A stretch of 62,741 nt of DNA, filler included, from Porpidia crustulata (taxonomy: Eukaryota): the NCBI GenBank assembly GCA_964255105.1. It is 4 parts of 4 records of this genome, joined end to end, with 100 filler letters (N's around TTAATTAATTAA, not from the genome) between each part and the next. Parts side by side here need not be neighbours in the genome. Positions count along the whole stretch, not along the records: positions 47,173 to 62,741 come from CAXUWE010000295.1; 3 more parts are not named here. One strand, 5' to 3'. Each line of letters starts with the position of its first letter. Position 1 is the stretch's first letter. The notes under the pieces are model-generated. The model saw only the letters and a program-made list of their open reading frames with translations. It did no database searches and had not been told where the DNA came from. Below are positions 50,101 through 61,625 of this stretch, in pieces. Both the position numbers and the translations under genes were made by a program.

Positions 50101-52082
50101 GCCCATCTGGCTCAAAGCTAACAACATCCAGTCCGAGGAATTGATGTTGCCGGAACCGATCGCTGCCGCCATTTGATCTGTATCCACTTCACCCACCCAT
50201 TTTGATAGAAGAACAGCGCTAGTTGAACCAGGTTGGTGGTGAGCCAATTCATCCCTAACCAGGGGCTCAATGTCATTCTCCCATCCAAACACTACTTCCA
50301 ACATTTGTCTTCGAAGGTCATCCGCAGTCGTATTTTCCTGATCAAGGGCTTGGGGTTGTTTGTAGGTCACGTTACTAAGACGTGCGCGAGTCCTCGGAAA
50401 TAGATCAACATAGGAGCCTTCAGGACTCATTACAACTTCCTGGCGAAGCCGAGAACCCTTGGACCGCCGTCCATTTGAAGAGACCATGGATGCAGTTTGA
50501 GGGAATACCGACGAGCCTCCGGAAAAGACGCTCTCGCGGCCAACCATTGATGGAGATATGGTGGAAAAGGTTGTTCCGCTCGCACCCCGTGATGATACTG
50601 ACCGATTGCTCCTCTGGTAGTGGTAAGGATTCGTAGATTGCGAGCTCAATGACTCCGTCCTGCTTCTTGTCGACACTGGGCTCGACATGTCCAAGCGCTG
50701 CTGTCGGGCTAGCTCGATAGCATGCATTTCATTGGTAGTTCTTTGGATGGTTGAAAGACTTACGGGCCCTCCTATCGGTTCTGGAGTGGTCGATACAGGC
50801 ATGGGAGGCGCTGCGCCCGGAATGGCGTGCGCATGCATCTGCTGCCCATTCTTCGATGTCTTCAGCGGCACCGGTGGTGGCAGCATTGGAAGGTACTGAA
50901 CATTCTTGACTCTACTCGGAGGATTCATCTCATACTGCTGGATTGTATGATTCGGCCCAATCGTGAACAGAACTGCCGTTGTGCCATGATTCGCCAAGCC
51001 TCTCACCCCCTCCACCGTAGGTATTGGTTCGCAGGTAATGTGCTTTGTTCGGACATCCCAAGCCCAGCATTCCCTAGAATCCCAGGTTATCGTTAGCTTT
51101 GTAATCTTGCGAGGCCAGCGCGCTGCGGCTACTTACCCGTCGGAATATTGTAATATTCTACCATTCTTTGACCACGCCATCCAATTGAGTCCTGGCCCTA
51201 GATTATCACTTCTCTTTAGGATTCGAATTGTTTTCGGTGCCTCGGCTGTAGGAGGTTTGGAAACACTCCAGACCCGTAAGTCACCATCAGAGGTCTGTGT
51301 CGCCAACATATCCGACTTCTGCTTGGATGACGATGCATGCCATGCTAGGTTGACGATAGGCGAAGGAGCTCGAGAAGTGGTCAAGGTATGCAAGATTGTA
51401 AAAGAAGGCTGCAAAGCCACAACCAGGATTGATCCATTCAGGTACCTAGCCTTGTGTAAGCAGCCTCGCCTGAATTTGAACCTTTTGTACTTACCCGATG
51501 GCATATATCTGACAATCCGAAGCCGGCGCTAGGGCAGTAATAGGGTCGAAGATCGTGCGCGCAGATATATGTTCTGATGTTGACGGCTCAAACAAAATGA
51601 CATTACCTTTCGAATTGCCTGCCGCCAGTCAGCTGCAAATTATTGCCCCTACTAGTATAACTATTACCGAACGCAACATTCCCATTCTTCATCCATGCGG
51701 CCACGTGGATAGGTTCGTACGATGCAAATCGAGCGACCTCGTCACCCGTAAACAGATCCCACACAATCGCTGTTTGCCCCACATCGTAGCTGACAACCAA
51801 TCGTCCAGCTCCTTGTTCGCTGACATTATCGACCGACAAAAACAATATCCTCTTTCTATGACTCTCGAAGCGTCGGTCAATGGCTAGAGTATCGTGATGC
51901 AGGCATACGATTGAGGAGTCTTGCGCGAAGAGGAAATGTGAAGCGGTGGCAGCGCATGGCTCCGAGTCGACATCGGACTCGATGTCTGTATATGGAGGAG
52001 GAGCATCCGGAGTCGCAGACCTCACGATAGGTCTTGTACCGGACGACGACGAGCGGTGCCTTGCCAGCTGTCCCGTGGACAT
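47173..52082 (-). CDS. Large WD40 + helical (Gemin5-TPR-like) + Arg/Ser-rich protein, 3' end truncated
   Basis: Spliced WD40 exons (51603..52082, 51133..51504) and a 1.29-kaa ORF with AFVQRLLQQGDFHTSATILLGMGDREDAVEVYVSRSFYMEAILL. The Gemin5 similarity is tentative. Confidence 0.8.
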
Positions 52083-54533
52083 GGCGAAGGCCTCGCATTC
52101 ACGTCCTAAGATCAGATCAGCTCACAAACGAACAGCAAAAAGCTTGACGCCTGAAACGCTTGATAGCATAGCTTCCAGAAACGCCTGGCGGTATGTTTTC
52201 CGATAGCCGTCAAACATCGTTGAACAATTGAGGGATAAGCGTACCCAGCGGTATTTGTCACAAGGCTTGCGCAATAATAGAAATTTTGGATCCGTAATGC
52301 AGGAGTCGACCCAAACGTCTCGAATTGGAAACCGAAAAACCGGGGTTGAAACGTTCTGCAAGTCAGTTCTTTCGCCTGCGCGGCTAATACTGCTCCCTCA
52401 TGCATGTAACCTGAGATCAAAGGAAAGGGTGCACGGTGAAATGGAGAGTGCCGGGAGACCTGGTAAAAGTAAAAGAAAAGGGACCGGATTTCGCAGCTTT
52501 GAGTAAGTTGTCAAGCACGAATCTCAAAATGTAATTTGGGACTCTGCCCTATCAAAGATGGAGTTGGCAGTGATAGGGTAACCAAAGACGTGATGGCGCT
52601 TGAAGAACGAAATGTGACCGACTTGCTATCCTCTGAGAAGCCCGTTAGGGAGCATGTGACGAGATGATCTGCGCTCTTATAAAAGCTCACGAGTACTCTC
52701 CAAATCTCTACTGGCTTACACGCTGGAGAGTAGGGAGCGGAGAGATATTCCAACAACTGCACGAGAATCCCAATCCCCCAACGCAACGAGTCCCGCACGA
52801 TAGCTCCCTTGCAGTCTTGGGCCCCATCCACTCTATCATATCCCGTCTGACCGTTCGGTCTTAGTTATCGAAGGACATGCCAGGATCAAGGCCCCTAAAG
52901 CACAAAGCCGAAGGTTGAACAAGGTGATTGTTGGCGTGGCTGGGTCCTGATGTGCGCTCGATGCATGGCCGGTAGTGGTTTAATTAGGGAAGTGATTCAG
53001 GAACGAGAAGGCGTACGGCTGCTATCATTGGTTGGAGCCATCTGCAAGCTCCATCACATCTAGACCAATCACCTTCGATATGTCCAAAACTCTCTCTTCC
53101 CTATTCCCAACATTGAGACAATTCAGGCCAAGCGCAGCGCGTACACTCTCCTGGCGTCTGGGATTGAAAGTCAGTGGGAGTGGTGGACAAGCATCTGGCA
53201 TATCTACCCTTACCTCTGCCACGCCTTTTCTCCATTGCTGCTCCCAGTGACTTGGCTGTGGTGAATGCAACGACTGTACGTCACGTTTCGCTGCGTGGTC
53301 ATTGTGTGGAGGCTGTGGAGAGGCACGTAAAACACTTACAGATCTAAGACATTTATCACACGGTCCTCGTTTCTTTACCACGACATTTCAACAAAGGTGC
53401 TGAGGCTTTGCGCAAATGCTGCAGGAACTGTAACGATGATGCAGACTACTCGATGCCATCCGCTGTCTACACTTTTAGGCACTTCGCACACCTACCTATA
53501 AGGGGACTTCAAATCCTCCCGCCGTCCACCCAGTTCTGATCTGGCACTAATCACTGGAGCAATCTTCGACACATAGCCACGATGTCTCGTCCATGTTAAG
53601 TCGACAGGATCATTTTTCTTCGGTAGGAATTATATCATATCATCTGCACGATTTATAAAATTACCACCTCGTGCCATGTTGTATACTGGCACACTGGTAT
53701 TAGACAAGAATACACATTTTGATCTGCTGGGACCGAAGTGTCGGATTCCTAATTTCTGCACTCAATTCGATGGCTGATACCACACAGTACGAGGAGCATC
53801 ATGCTGCATCAGTCCAATTTCTTCTTCATGTCCATATGTAATGCTAAGGTACCAACATATCGTGCATCATGCGGAACCGCCCAAGAACTCGGCTTTCGTT
53901 CCCCGCCTGCTAGACCGCCATCTTCACAGCGCCAAGTCATCTCTGCATCCCACTTGTTCTTAGTAACAACCTCGTTATCTTCATCGCTCAGTTCGAGTTG
54001 ATTTCGTAATGCTGTCAATCAAGCGCATGTTGGTCGCCTCGTTTATCTCCTGAGCAACAACAACATTGTACCGGTTACCCTTCATGACACCTTCCTCAGT
54101 CTGCATGTCCTAAGTAATCCATCCTACGAGTGCCATGTGTAGTTTTCTCATTTGATGGGAGCGTCCCAGTTATATGAGTTGGTTTTGGGCACCGGCTAGA
54201 CGAAAGACCGGATGAGTTTTCTTTGGCCAACGCATATGACCTTGTTGTTGAAAACCGATGTAACAGAATCATTGTTCTCACGTGATGTTTTCTTTAATGC
54301 GCGCTGTGACCCACGAAGAAACCAGCGATCGATGTTCGCACCGCTTGGGAAGATCCAGATCGATTCTGGATGAGGTGCCGCAATGGCCGTAGAACACCGG
54401 ACAAGTGGCTTTCCGCTCTGGTGGAAGTTTGATGAACGTTCTGCAAAATATTAGCATATGGTTACAGGAAATACAGACAGGGTATCTACCAACCTAAATT
54501 ATAATATATGGATCTTTTTCGACCGCGCATCTT

Positions 54534-55061
54534 TCATTCTGGTGACTCCGGAATGGGGCTCATGCCCTTGACCAGCTTCTTTCTTTTCAGCGGAGAGCTC
54601 CTTCTTCTCCGTCGCGTTCCAACCACTTCCTGACGTGGACGAAGCGGTACCGACGAGAGAACTAGTGGTGGTTGCTTCGTCGCTGTCCACGAGATACATG
54701 GGGTTGTCGAAGTTGGTATTTCGACATCGTCGTTCATGTTAAGCTCGGCGAGATCAAGTAGATCCTCGTCAGAGATGCGCGAGCTACCCTGAACAATGCT
54801 ACTCATACACAAGCAAGATTCCAGGGTGAGGAAGTTTCGGTTCGGCCACGACGGATACGCGCAACTTGCCGATGGGTTGGAGAGCAACAGCTGGGACGTT
54901 GTGGGTGGTGACAGCGACGTGCCGGATGATGTCAATGATGGTGGAGAGACCTGTGACTTCAACGGGATGCTAATGGGGTTGGCGAAGGCCGACAGCAAGT
55001 TGAGCGACGAGGTAGATGAGGACGGTGAAAGCGACGCGTTGCTATCGCTGTCGGAAAGCAT
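54534..55061 (-). CDS. Hypothetical Ser-rich 175-aa protein
   Basis: Intact ORF with SCAYPSWP and SSRISDEDLLDL motifs, a basic NLS-like stretch and a C-terminal MSPIPE. Confidence 0.7.
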   Translation of the reverse strand: MLSDSDSNASLSPSSSTSSLNLLSAFANPISIPLKSQVSPPSLTSSGTSLSPPTTSQLLLSNPSASCAYPSWPNRNFLTLESCLCMSSIVQGSSRISDEDLLDLAELNMNDDVEIPTSTTPCISWTATKQPPLVLSSVPLRPRQEVVGTRRRRRSSPLKRKKLVKGMSPIPESPE

Positions 55062-56082
55062 CGCGGTTTGCGTAGCCTGAGCGAGTTTTGGACAAATGAA
55101 GTTATTAGGAATTTGACACAGATATTATCGAAATCAGGAAGTCGTAGAAAAGAGGGAGTCTGATATAGCGTTGGGGCATAAGCTGAAAGCAGTGTAGAAA
55201 CTAGTGAAGAATCCGAGGTTTTGGTTTGTGTGCACCGCCGTACCGCAGTCAGAAAATGTGTCAGGCAGCAAGTCAGGTCATCTAACAACAAAGGATAGCG
55301 CACGCGGGCCTTATAGCAATTATTATACTCCGACTATCGGACAGCAAAGCAGATGTAAAACGGCTTTCCATCTTGGGTAATCAGCCTTCACCGATGGTCA
55401 TTAAACCATGTGCAAACAGTCATGGCAGGCCATGGCTAATCAAGGCCATATAGTCGGTCCTCCATCCTCCGTCGCTATCCTATCATTCCATCGTCGGTGT
55501 GCCTAGTTAAGAAACTTGGGGTCGGTTTTGGCACATGGATTACCGCATGTGCGTAAGTAGGGCCAGAAAATGGATGACACATCGCGAAGGATTGGGTAGG
55601 AGTTGATGCCGAGAACGAACGGGCTGAAGCGGTGAAGCAGCTCTACTAGACCGCCTTGCCTTCCATTTGCTTTACTTTGATTAGCAGACTTGAGTCCTAA
55701 GTGAGCGTTCCCGAGGCGAGATAGGACGCGCGAAGTACCATGTGAGAAACGATCAGCTTCGGCGAGTTCTTAATGATCGTCCCAATGCTAACAATCGGGA
55801 ACGTTGGAGGGTATGTGGGGCATGGGGGGTGTTCGGAGTGTTCCCCGACGGACTGATGGAATAGGTACTTTAAGCCGTCATCAGTGACGGGGCGATCCTC
55901 GGGGTATTGTAATGGACAAGAGAAGTCTCACAGTCTCGCCTTGGATTCCTTAGTACGGTGATTGATCGTCGTTGGCGGAATTAGAATATATTATTATTAT
56001 TATGATTGCCATCTTGGAGCACGCGAGCCATCCACCTGCAAGGATGACGGGAGGGTACGGTCCGATTGGCGTTCTCGATAAG

Positions 56083-56232
56083 GTGTGGTGGTAAGTGTCT
56101 CGTACTTTAAGGTCAGCCCCAGAGTTTGGTGGGCAGGAGGGGGCAAAGCTGGGGTGCTGGGGAAGAAGGAGGCGGCGGTGAGATGGAGTGGTAAGCCTTA
56201 TGTCCTGGATTAGAAATTAATAATGAAGCATT
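56083..56232 (+). repeat. Direct repeat, copy 1 (partner at 58488-58657)
   Basis: Shared blocks TCTCGTACT, CAGCCCCAGAGTTT, GGGGCAAAGCTGGGG, AAGGAGGCGGCGGTGAGA, TAAGCCTTATGTCCT, ATTAGAAATTAA. Confidence 0.9.
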
Positions 56233-56740
56233 GTTAATCATTATAATCGTGATGTATGAGTTGATCCGGAGTCTTCTGCCTCAGTCGGGCCGGCTGTGTG
56301 CTAGATCTACGCTTCAAGTTTTTCTCTGAATATGTCTTTGAAATTGATTGCCGCGATGTCATGAGTAATGTGAGTAACAAGAAAAGCTCACTGACAGATA
56401 GAACGTTGTCTAGAAAAACAGAGCAGAATAGAACTTGAGTGTATAACGGACAGAACAGTAGAAGAAGTGTGCAATTCCGCAACTTGCGCAATCCCGCATC
56501 TATCTGATTTATACTCGTAACTTTACTCAAGGAGACAGAATCTTGGACTTCTAATGCGATTCATCAATTACTTCAAGTGAGTAAAGTATGAACAATTATC
56601 GTCTCAACACAACACTTAAAATCATACTTCATTCGAGATTTCATTGAACATCTCAACTCATTGTTAATATCTCTTCAGTCTTCGTCAAAGCTTCACTTTA
56701 TCGTTACGCGTCTTATATATCTGATACACTCTGAACATTC

Positions 56741-58520
56741 ATGTCTTCTAAACTCTTCTACTGTTTGTAAATGTTAGATGTCTATCTAAGTTTATTCTTT
56801 TCAAGTTGTTGATCACACAACGTCTGTTAGGATTAAACATCACCCGATATATCTGAGATAGTAGCACATGGGCTAGATCTGACGACTTAGTATTTCGTCT
56901 TTTGATGATGCAACTCAGAGGAACGTGATCTCTGAGCGCATCTCAACTTTCTAATTCGGATACACATGTGCCTGCGGGACCGGTCGTAGCAACATCGAAG
57001 TCAAGATAACAAGATCGAGTGAGTTGAGTCTGTCATTGTGTTATCTAAACCCGACTAATTTCTTCAAAGAGAATCTCAACAAGTACGCCTATCGCAATGT
57101 CAATCGACTGCGCATCTATCTAGATCTACAAAGTGTTGAAGACTTAAGAGACTGAATGAAAAGCAATCTTTGGACTCCGCACTTCAACGAACTTTACGTC
57201 GATGTAATCCAATCAGCTTAGACGCAAGCAGATGCTAGCGATGAGATCAGAGCACGTGGATCAGATAGAACGCTCGTTGAAACACAGCTTTACAGTGAAG
57301 AGAAAGCAGGCAAGAGGAAGTACTCTCGATCAAAGCCTGATAAAAGAGGATGGTCCAGTCTGGATCACTATGCTCGGTTCATGTGGGCTGTAAAAGATGA
57401 AAATGTGAACGATAAAGATGGTATCTTTTTTGAGCGACGTCTGGAAGAGGCCGCAATCCATGAGCGCATTTGGATGGTCTACCAACGAAGTTCCCATCTC
57501 CAAATCCAAATCTAAAGCACCAGGCGAGCGGCAATCTCAACGTCTCAAGGAGAAGGGAAAGCAGGGCCAACCGGCTCAGGGAACACCCTTGCAGCAGCAA
57601 GAAAGCAACCAATCGTCATCGACATCTTTCCAGTCGCTTCAAGAGATGAGAATTATCTCAACACAGACTCTGACGACAGTCTTCTGATCCGAATGTCATA
57701 TCGAAAGCCAAACTTTTCGTATTCATTAACGACGACATTGACAACGACAATGCAAATGACAACAATACAGAAATTTGCGATGACAGTAATGAGATTGACC
57801 TTACTACGTTGAATTCGGAAACACGCATGTTCAAGGAGCGGATCTCTCGATCGTTTGATCTCAAGAATAGATGATGGGTTTGGACCAGAGTATCATCAAG
57901 TAACTCCGCAAAGATGCCGATGATCAGAGTCACATTGCAGAGATTTGTCGATGTCATCTACGACACTCACGACATCATGACTGTCAGGTCTTTAGCCTGA
58001 ATGACTGAAATCAATGCTGTAATGAATGAGTCACAAATATTCCTGATCACTCCGTTCAAAGCAACCACAGAACGTTTTGAACGTATTCAAGCTTTACTTG
58101 ATAATCAGTCCTTTCAGCGAGATGGATCATTTGGGAGCTTGTCAACGATTGAACATCATGACTGTCGACCCTTCAGCCTGGATAACCCAACTCAATACCG
58201 TAACGAATGAACCACAAAAATACCCCCGACCACTCCATCCAAAGTAACCACAGAACGGTTCGAACGTATTCAAGCTTTACTTGGCAATCAGCCCTTTCGA
58301 CGAGAGGAATCATTTGGGAGCTTGTTAATCGCGATTGAATATCATTAATCCTCACAAGCCTCATCTTCAAACAATGCCACGCTCACGACGTGGCAGTCAG
58401 TCGCTATCGATGCCCATTCAGCAGTTCCAGGCTGATGGGTGGCCGCGTGGGTGCGTGCTTGCTGATGCTATGGGACTAGGTAGGACTGTGGTGGTGGTAG
58501 GTATCTATCTCGTACTCGAT
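56741..58520 (+). pseudogene. Hypermutated SNF2-family ATPase pseudogene (long N-terminus to motif I)
   Basis: Protein-like frame across an intron (57019-57069) with in-frame stops (TGA 57153, TAG 57219). Q-motif-like WQSVAIDA (~58391) and Walker-A GCVLADAMGLGRT (58449-58487). Confidence 0.7.
57972..58345 (+). repeat. Diverged ~181-bp tandem duplication within the pseudogene
   Basis: Units start ACATCATGACTGTC at 57972 and 58153; both contain GAACGTATTCAAGCTTTACTTG and ATCATTTGGGAGCTTGT. Confidence 0.9.
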
Positions 58521-58657
58521 GGAGTCAGCAGGGGGCTGTGGAGGGGTCGACAGCCCCAGAGTTTCGTGGCAGAGGAGGGGCAAAGCTGGGGAAGGAGGCG
58601 GCGGTGAGACAGAGTGATAAGCCTTATGTCCTACATTAGAAATTAAAGAAAGCACTT
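58488..58657 (+). repeat. Direct repeat, copy 2 (partner at 56083-56232)
   Basis: Same blocks as copy 1, about 2.43 kb downstream. Confidence 0.9.
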
Positions 58658-59352
58658 TCACTAATTACTGATGAATAAACATCATAATAATTATTGGAGC
58701 GTTTAATGAGTGTTGTGTCTGACAGTACATATATCAGGCCACTGTTGCGATGCTATGTTTCTCCAACTTTCTTGGCGTCTTTGTTGCGCATTACATACTA
58801 CACACCGCTGATCGCTGTGAGAATCAGAATGATATGCGATCCGAATTCGCACATGCCAAAATTCTGGCCTCACATCTCAAGTAGATATGTCTCACAGGCT
58901 CCGGGCCGAATCTGGGAGTCGTACATATCTACCTACCTAGATATGATTCTCGGCTCCAAGCGCTCCAGAAGCTTCCATTACTGTGACACCCAACGTGCCG
59001 CCATCCGCATGCGTTCGAGGAGGATCAAGTGTGCCGTCAGCAATAAAATCCTCCTTGAAACACGGAGATTACTTTGGAGTCAGTAGCGTGTGAGCTCATC
59101 GTGTCGGTTTGCTGAATTCGAAGAGTATTTGATCCTGATGCAAGCCGAGACATCCGTATTAGTTATGTTCGGAATAGTCACATTTGCGTCATCACTCCGT
59201 CCATGAGAAGTGGTGCATAATCTAAATCTCTAACTGTTTCGCTCAGCGAATCCTCCGCCACCTTCCGGCCTCCGGGGGGGTCCGCTGAGCTCCGGATCGT
59301 GATCGTCTCTTTTGTGTCATAATAGCGTATCGCGAAGTTTGTACGGAGGATA

Positions 59353-61319
59353 CTACATCCCTTGAGACTCCAAAGGAGTGGCCGATACTGCTGATGCTAT
59401 GGTAGGCGGTATTGCAGCCGCCGTGGTAGCAGACTCACCAGCAGAGCTAGCATCGGCTGACTTCTCTGGAATGGGGTCTACAGCAGGACTAGCCACAGCA
59501 GCTCCCAGATCAGAAGAATTCGCTGTTGTTGCCAACGGCTTGGGTGCGGATGGGGTTGGGAAAGGGGCCGCTCCTCGAGCCAGCCCGCCTCCTCTCCTCA
59601 TGGATCCTCCTCTCCCGCCCCTGGCAACCATTGGTGCCCCACCGCCACGATTCATAGGCGGTCCGCCTCCACGAGTGTTCATCATGGGACTTCCTCCCCT
59701 CATATTCCTTGTTTGAAGCGTAGTCCCCGTCTTACGCTCCAAGACCACCACTTGTCCTTGAGCGACTTTGACTGGGCTTGCCTTGATAGCATTCTGGAGA
59801 CCTTGCGGTTCCATAAACTCAACATATGCGAAGCCTTTCTTTTTATCAATCTCAACCTTCTTGACCATACCAAAGCTGGCAAAGGCTTCTTCTAGCAAAG
59901 GTTCAGTAATCCCTTGAGAAGGGTTGGCGTGTTTCAGGAAAGCTTGCGTCGCAGTCGGTGTCGCTAGTATGGCTTTGCTGGGAGGCGAGCCAAGATTCGA
60001 GGCAGTACTGTCAATAGCAGAAGCTGGCAAAGCCTTCGAAGCGGCTCGTACCGCGGACAGTGCCGTCAGGGCTCTGGCATGTGGTCTGTTTTGGCTGGAC
60101 GTAGTAGTAATGGATGGTGCAGGAGATTTGTCACTCGAGGTAGCTACGATCCCGGCTGCAGGCTCATTTGAAGTCTGGGGGGGGTCTTGCTTGACTGTTG
60201 CTGGCACATTATTTACTGGCGAACGTCCAGAGGTCCCAGGTAATCCGCGTCTCCCTCCTCTTCCCCCGGGGTTGATCCCAATCCCCAGATCTCGTTGCAG
60301 AATCCTAGCAGCTGCACTGGCACTCCCCCTCTCTCGTCTCTTTTCGGCTAGGGGTGAAGGACTGGCGTTTGATTGTGGTGTAATTTCTGGTGGAGTTGCA
60401 GATGATGTTGCTGCCACTGCCTTCTTGCTACTGCTGACCGCCTGTTTATTCAATACGCGGACCGCATCTCGAGCAGCCTTTTCGACTTTGATAGCTTGGG
60501 GGCTCCGGTTATCTGGAGGTGGGGCACCAGCATTGATAACCTTTGTAGAAGACTTCTTCTCTGCAACAGGGCCTTGCTTGCCATCCTTAGGGTCTTGCCG
60601 ATTTTGCTTTGCACCTTTCGCAGGACTTGTGGTCTCTTTACTTTTGTTCGCTTTCTTGTCCCGTAAGAACTGGATTAGAGGTGTGACAGTGATTTTCTCT
60701 TTCGCTTTGTTGCTGCCATCGTTCTCCTGATCGACCGTCACAGGCTTCGAGATAGGGTTGGTAAGACTCTCTAGAAAATCGATGAACTCTGGATCTTGAT
60801 CGATTGTACCTTGACGAAGATCTTTGCGTATCCTGCTATGTGGAATCCGTCCGTAAGGTGCAAATTCCACCGAAGCCGGACCTAATAATGCTGGGTCTTT
60901 CGTAGAGCTCTTGGCATCAGTGAATGTGGTGCTGTTGACTTTCTCAGAGAGTTGTCCTAGAAATTCTTGCTTTGTGAGGTGAAGGTACGCGCGACTGGGT
61001 CTCGATGGCTTTGCAGGACTATTTCAGTATAGTGAGAAATGGGGTTTGAAGCACAAAGCTCAAGAGGCACCTACTCTTTGGACACCTTACCGGGCTTGTA
61101 GATGGCCCAGTCAACCCTACCACCGTGAACCTTCCATTCGTCACCTAACGCTATATCTAACTCTGCTTGAGTGAGACCGGGTGGCAGTCTTCTGACAATG
61201 ACCTTGAGTCTCGGTGTAGCAGCTCGTGAAGACATGTTTACAGGTCCTCCTGCTCGTTTTTGTGTGGCGGAGATTGGAATAGACAAGACTCCGTTTGAAC
61301 GAGAAGTTGAAGCCATCAT
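59353..61319 (-). CDS. UPF3: Nonsense-mediated decay factor Upf3 with additional C-terminal RRM-like domain
   Basis: RLKVIVRRLPPGLT, KPGKVSK|..KPSRPSRAYL, VEFAPY, GTIDQDPEFIDFLESL. Second RRM: FGMVKKVEIDKKKGFAYVEF. Intron near 61021-61075. Confidence 0.92.
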
Positions 61320-61625
61320 GTGTTTCGCTAAATTCAATACCTGTGAATCAATTGTGCTCTGTGAAGTGGAAGTTGCAGCCCATCGACCTTAATTCCCCCA
61401 CCCCCTCAAAGCAATGCTTGCTATGGCGGCGGAAGCGGGTAGCGGCGGGGGCCGGAGCCAATTGGCCCGTGAGGACGGCGAATTCAACAACCAGCGCCAT
61501 AGTCAGCAGCAGCACAATTAGCTGAAGACACACTGCCGATCAACGGCTTGCCCAGAGACCCGACTCTCATTGAAGCATCATCAGCTCCAGTAGAAGTGCA
61601 GCCGTTATTCAACGGCTTGAATTAG

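Noticed and set aside
53500..53530. GGGGACTTCAAATCCTCCCGCCGTCCACC resembling a tRNA/tmRNA 3' end
   Set aside because: The T-stem does not pair and no cloverleaf can be built upstream.
52500..54300. Several 60-120-aa ORFs in a gene-poor interval
   Set aside because: Mostly non-ATG starts, no family motifs and no consistent splice structure.
59924..60730. 268-aa antisense ORF and similar shadow ORFs across the window
   Set aside because: They are reverse-strand mirrors of real low-complexity CDSs (here UPF3).
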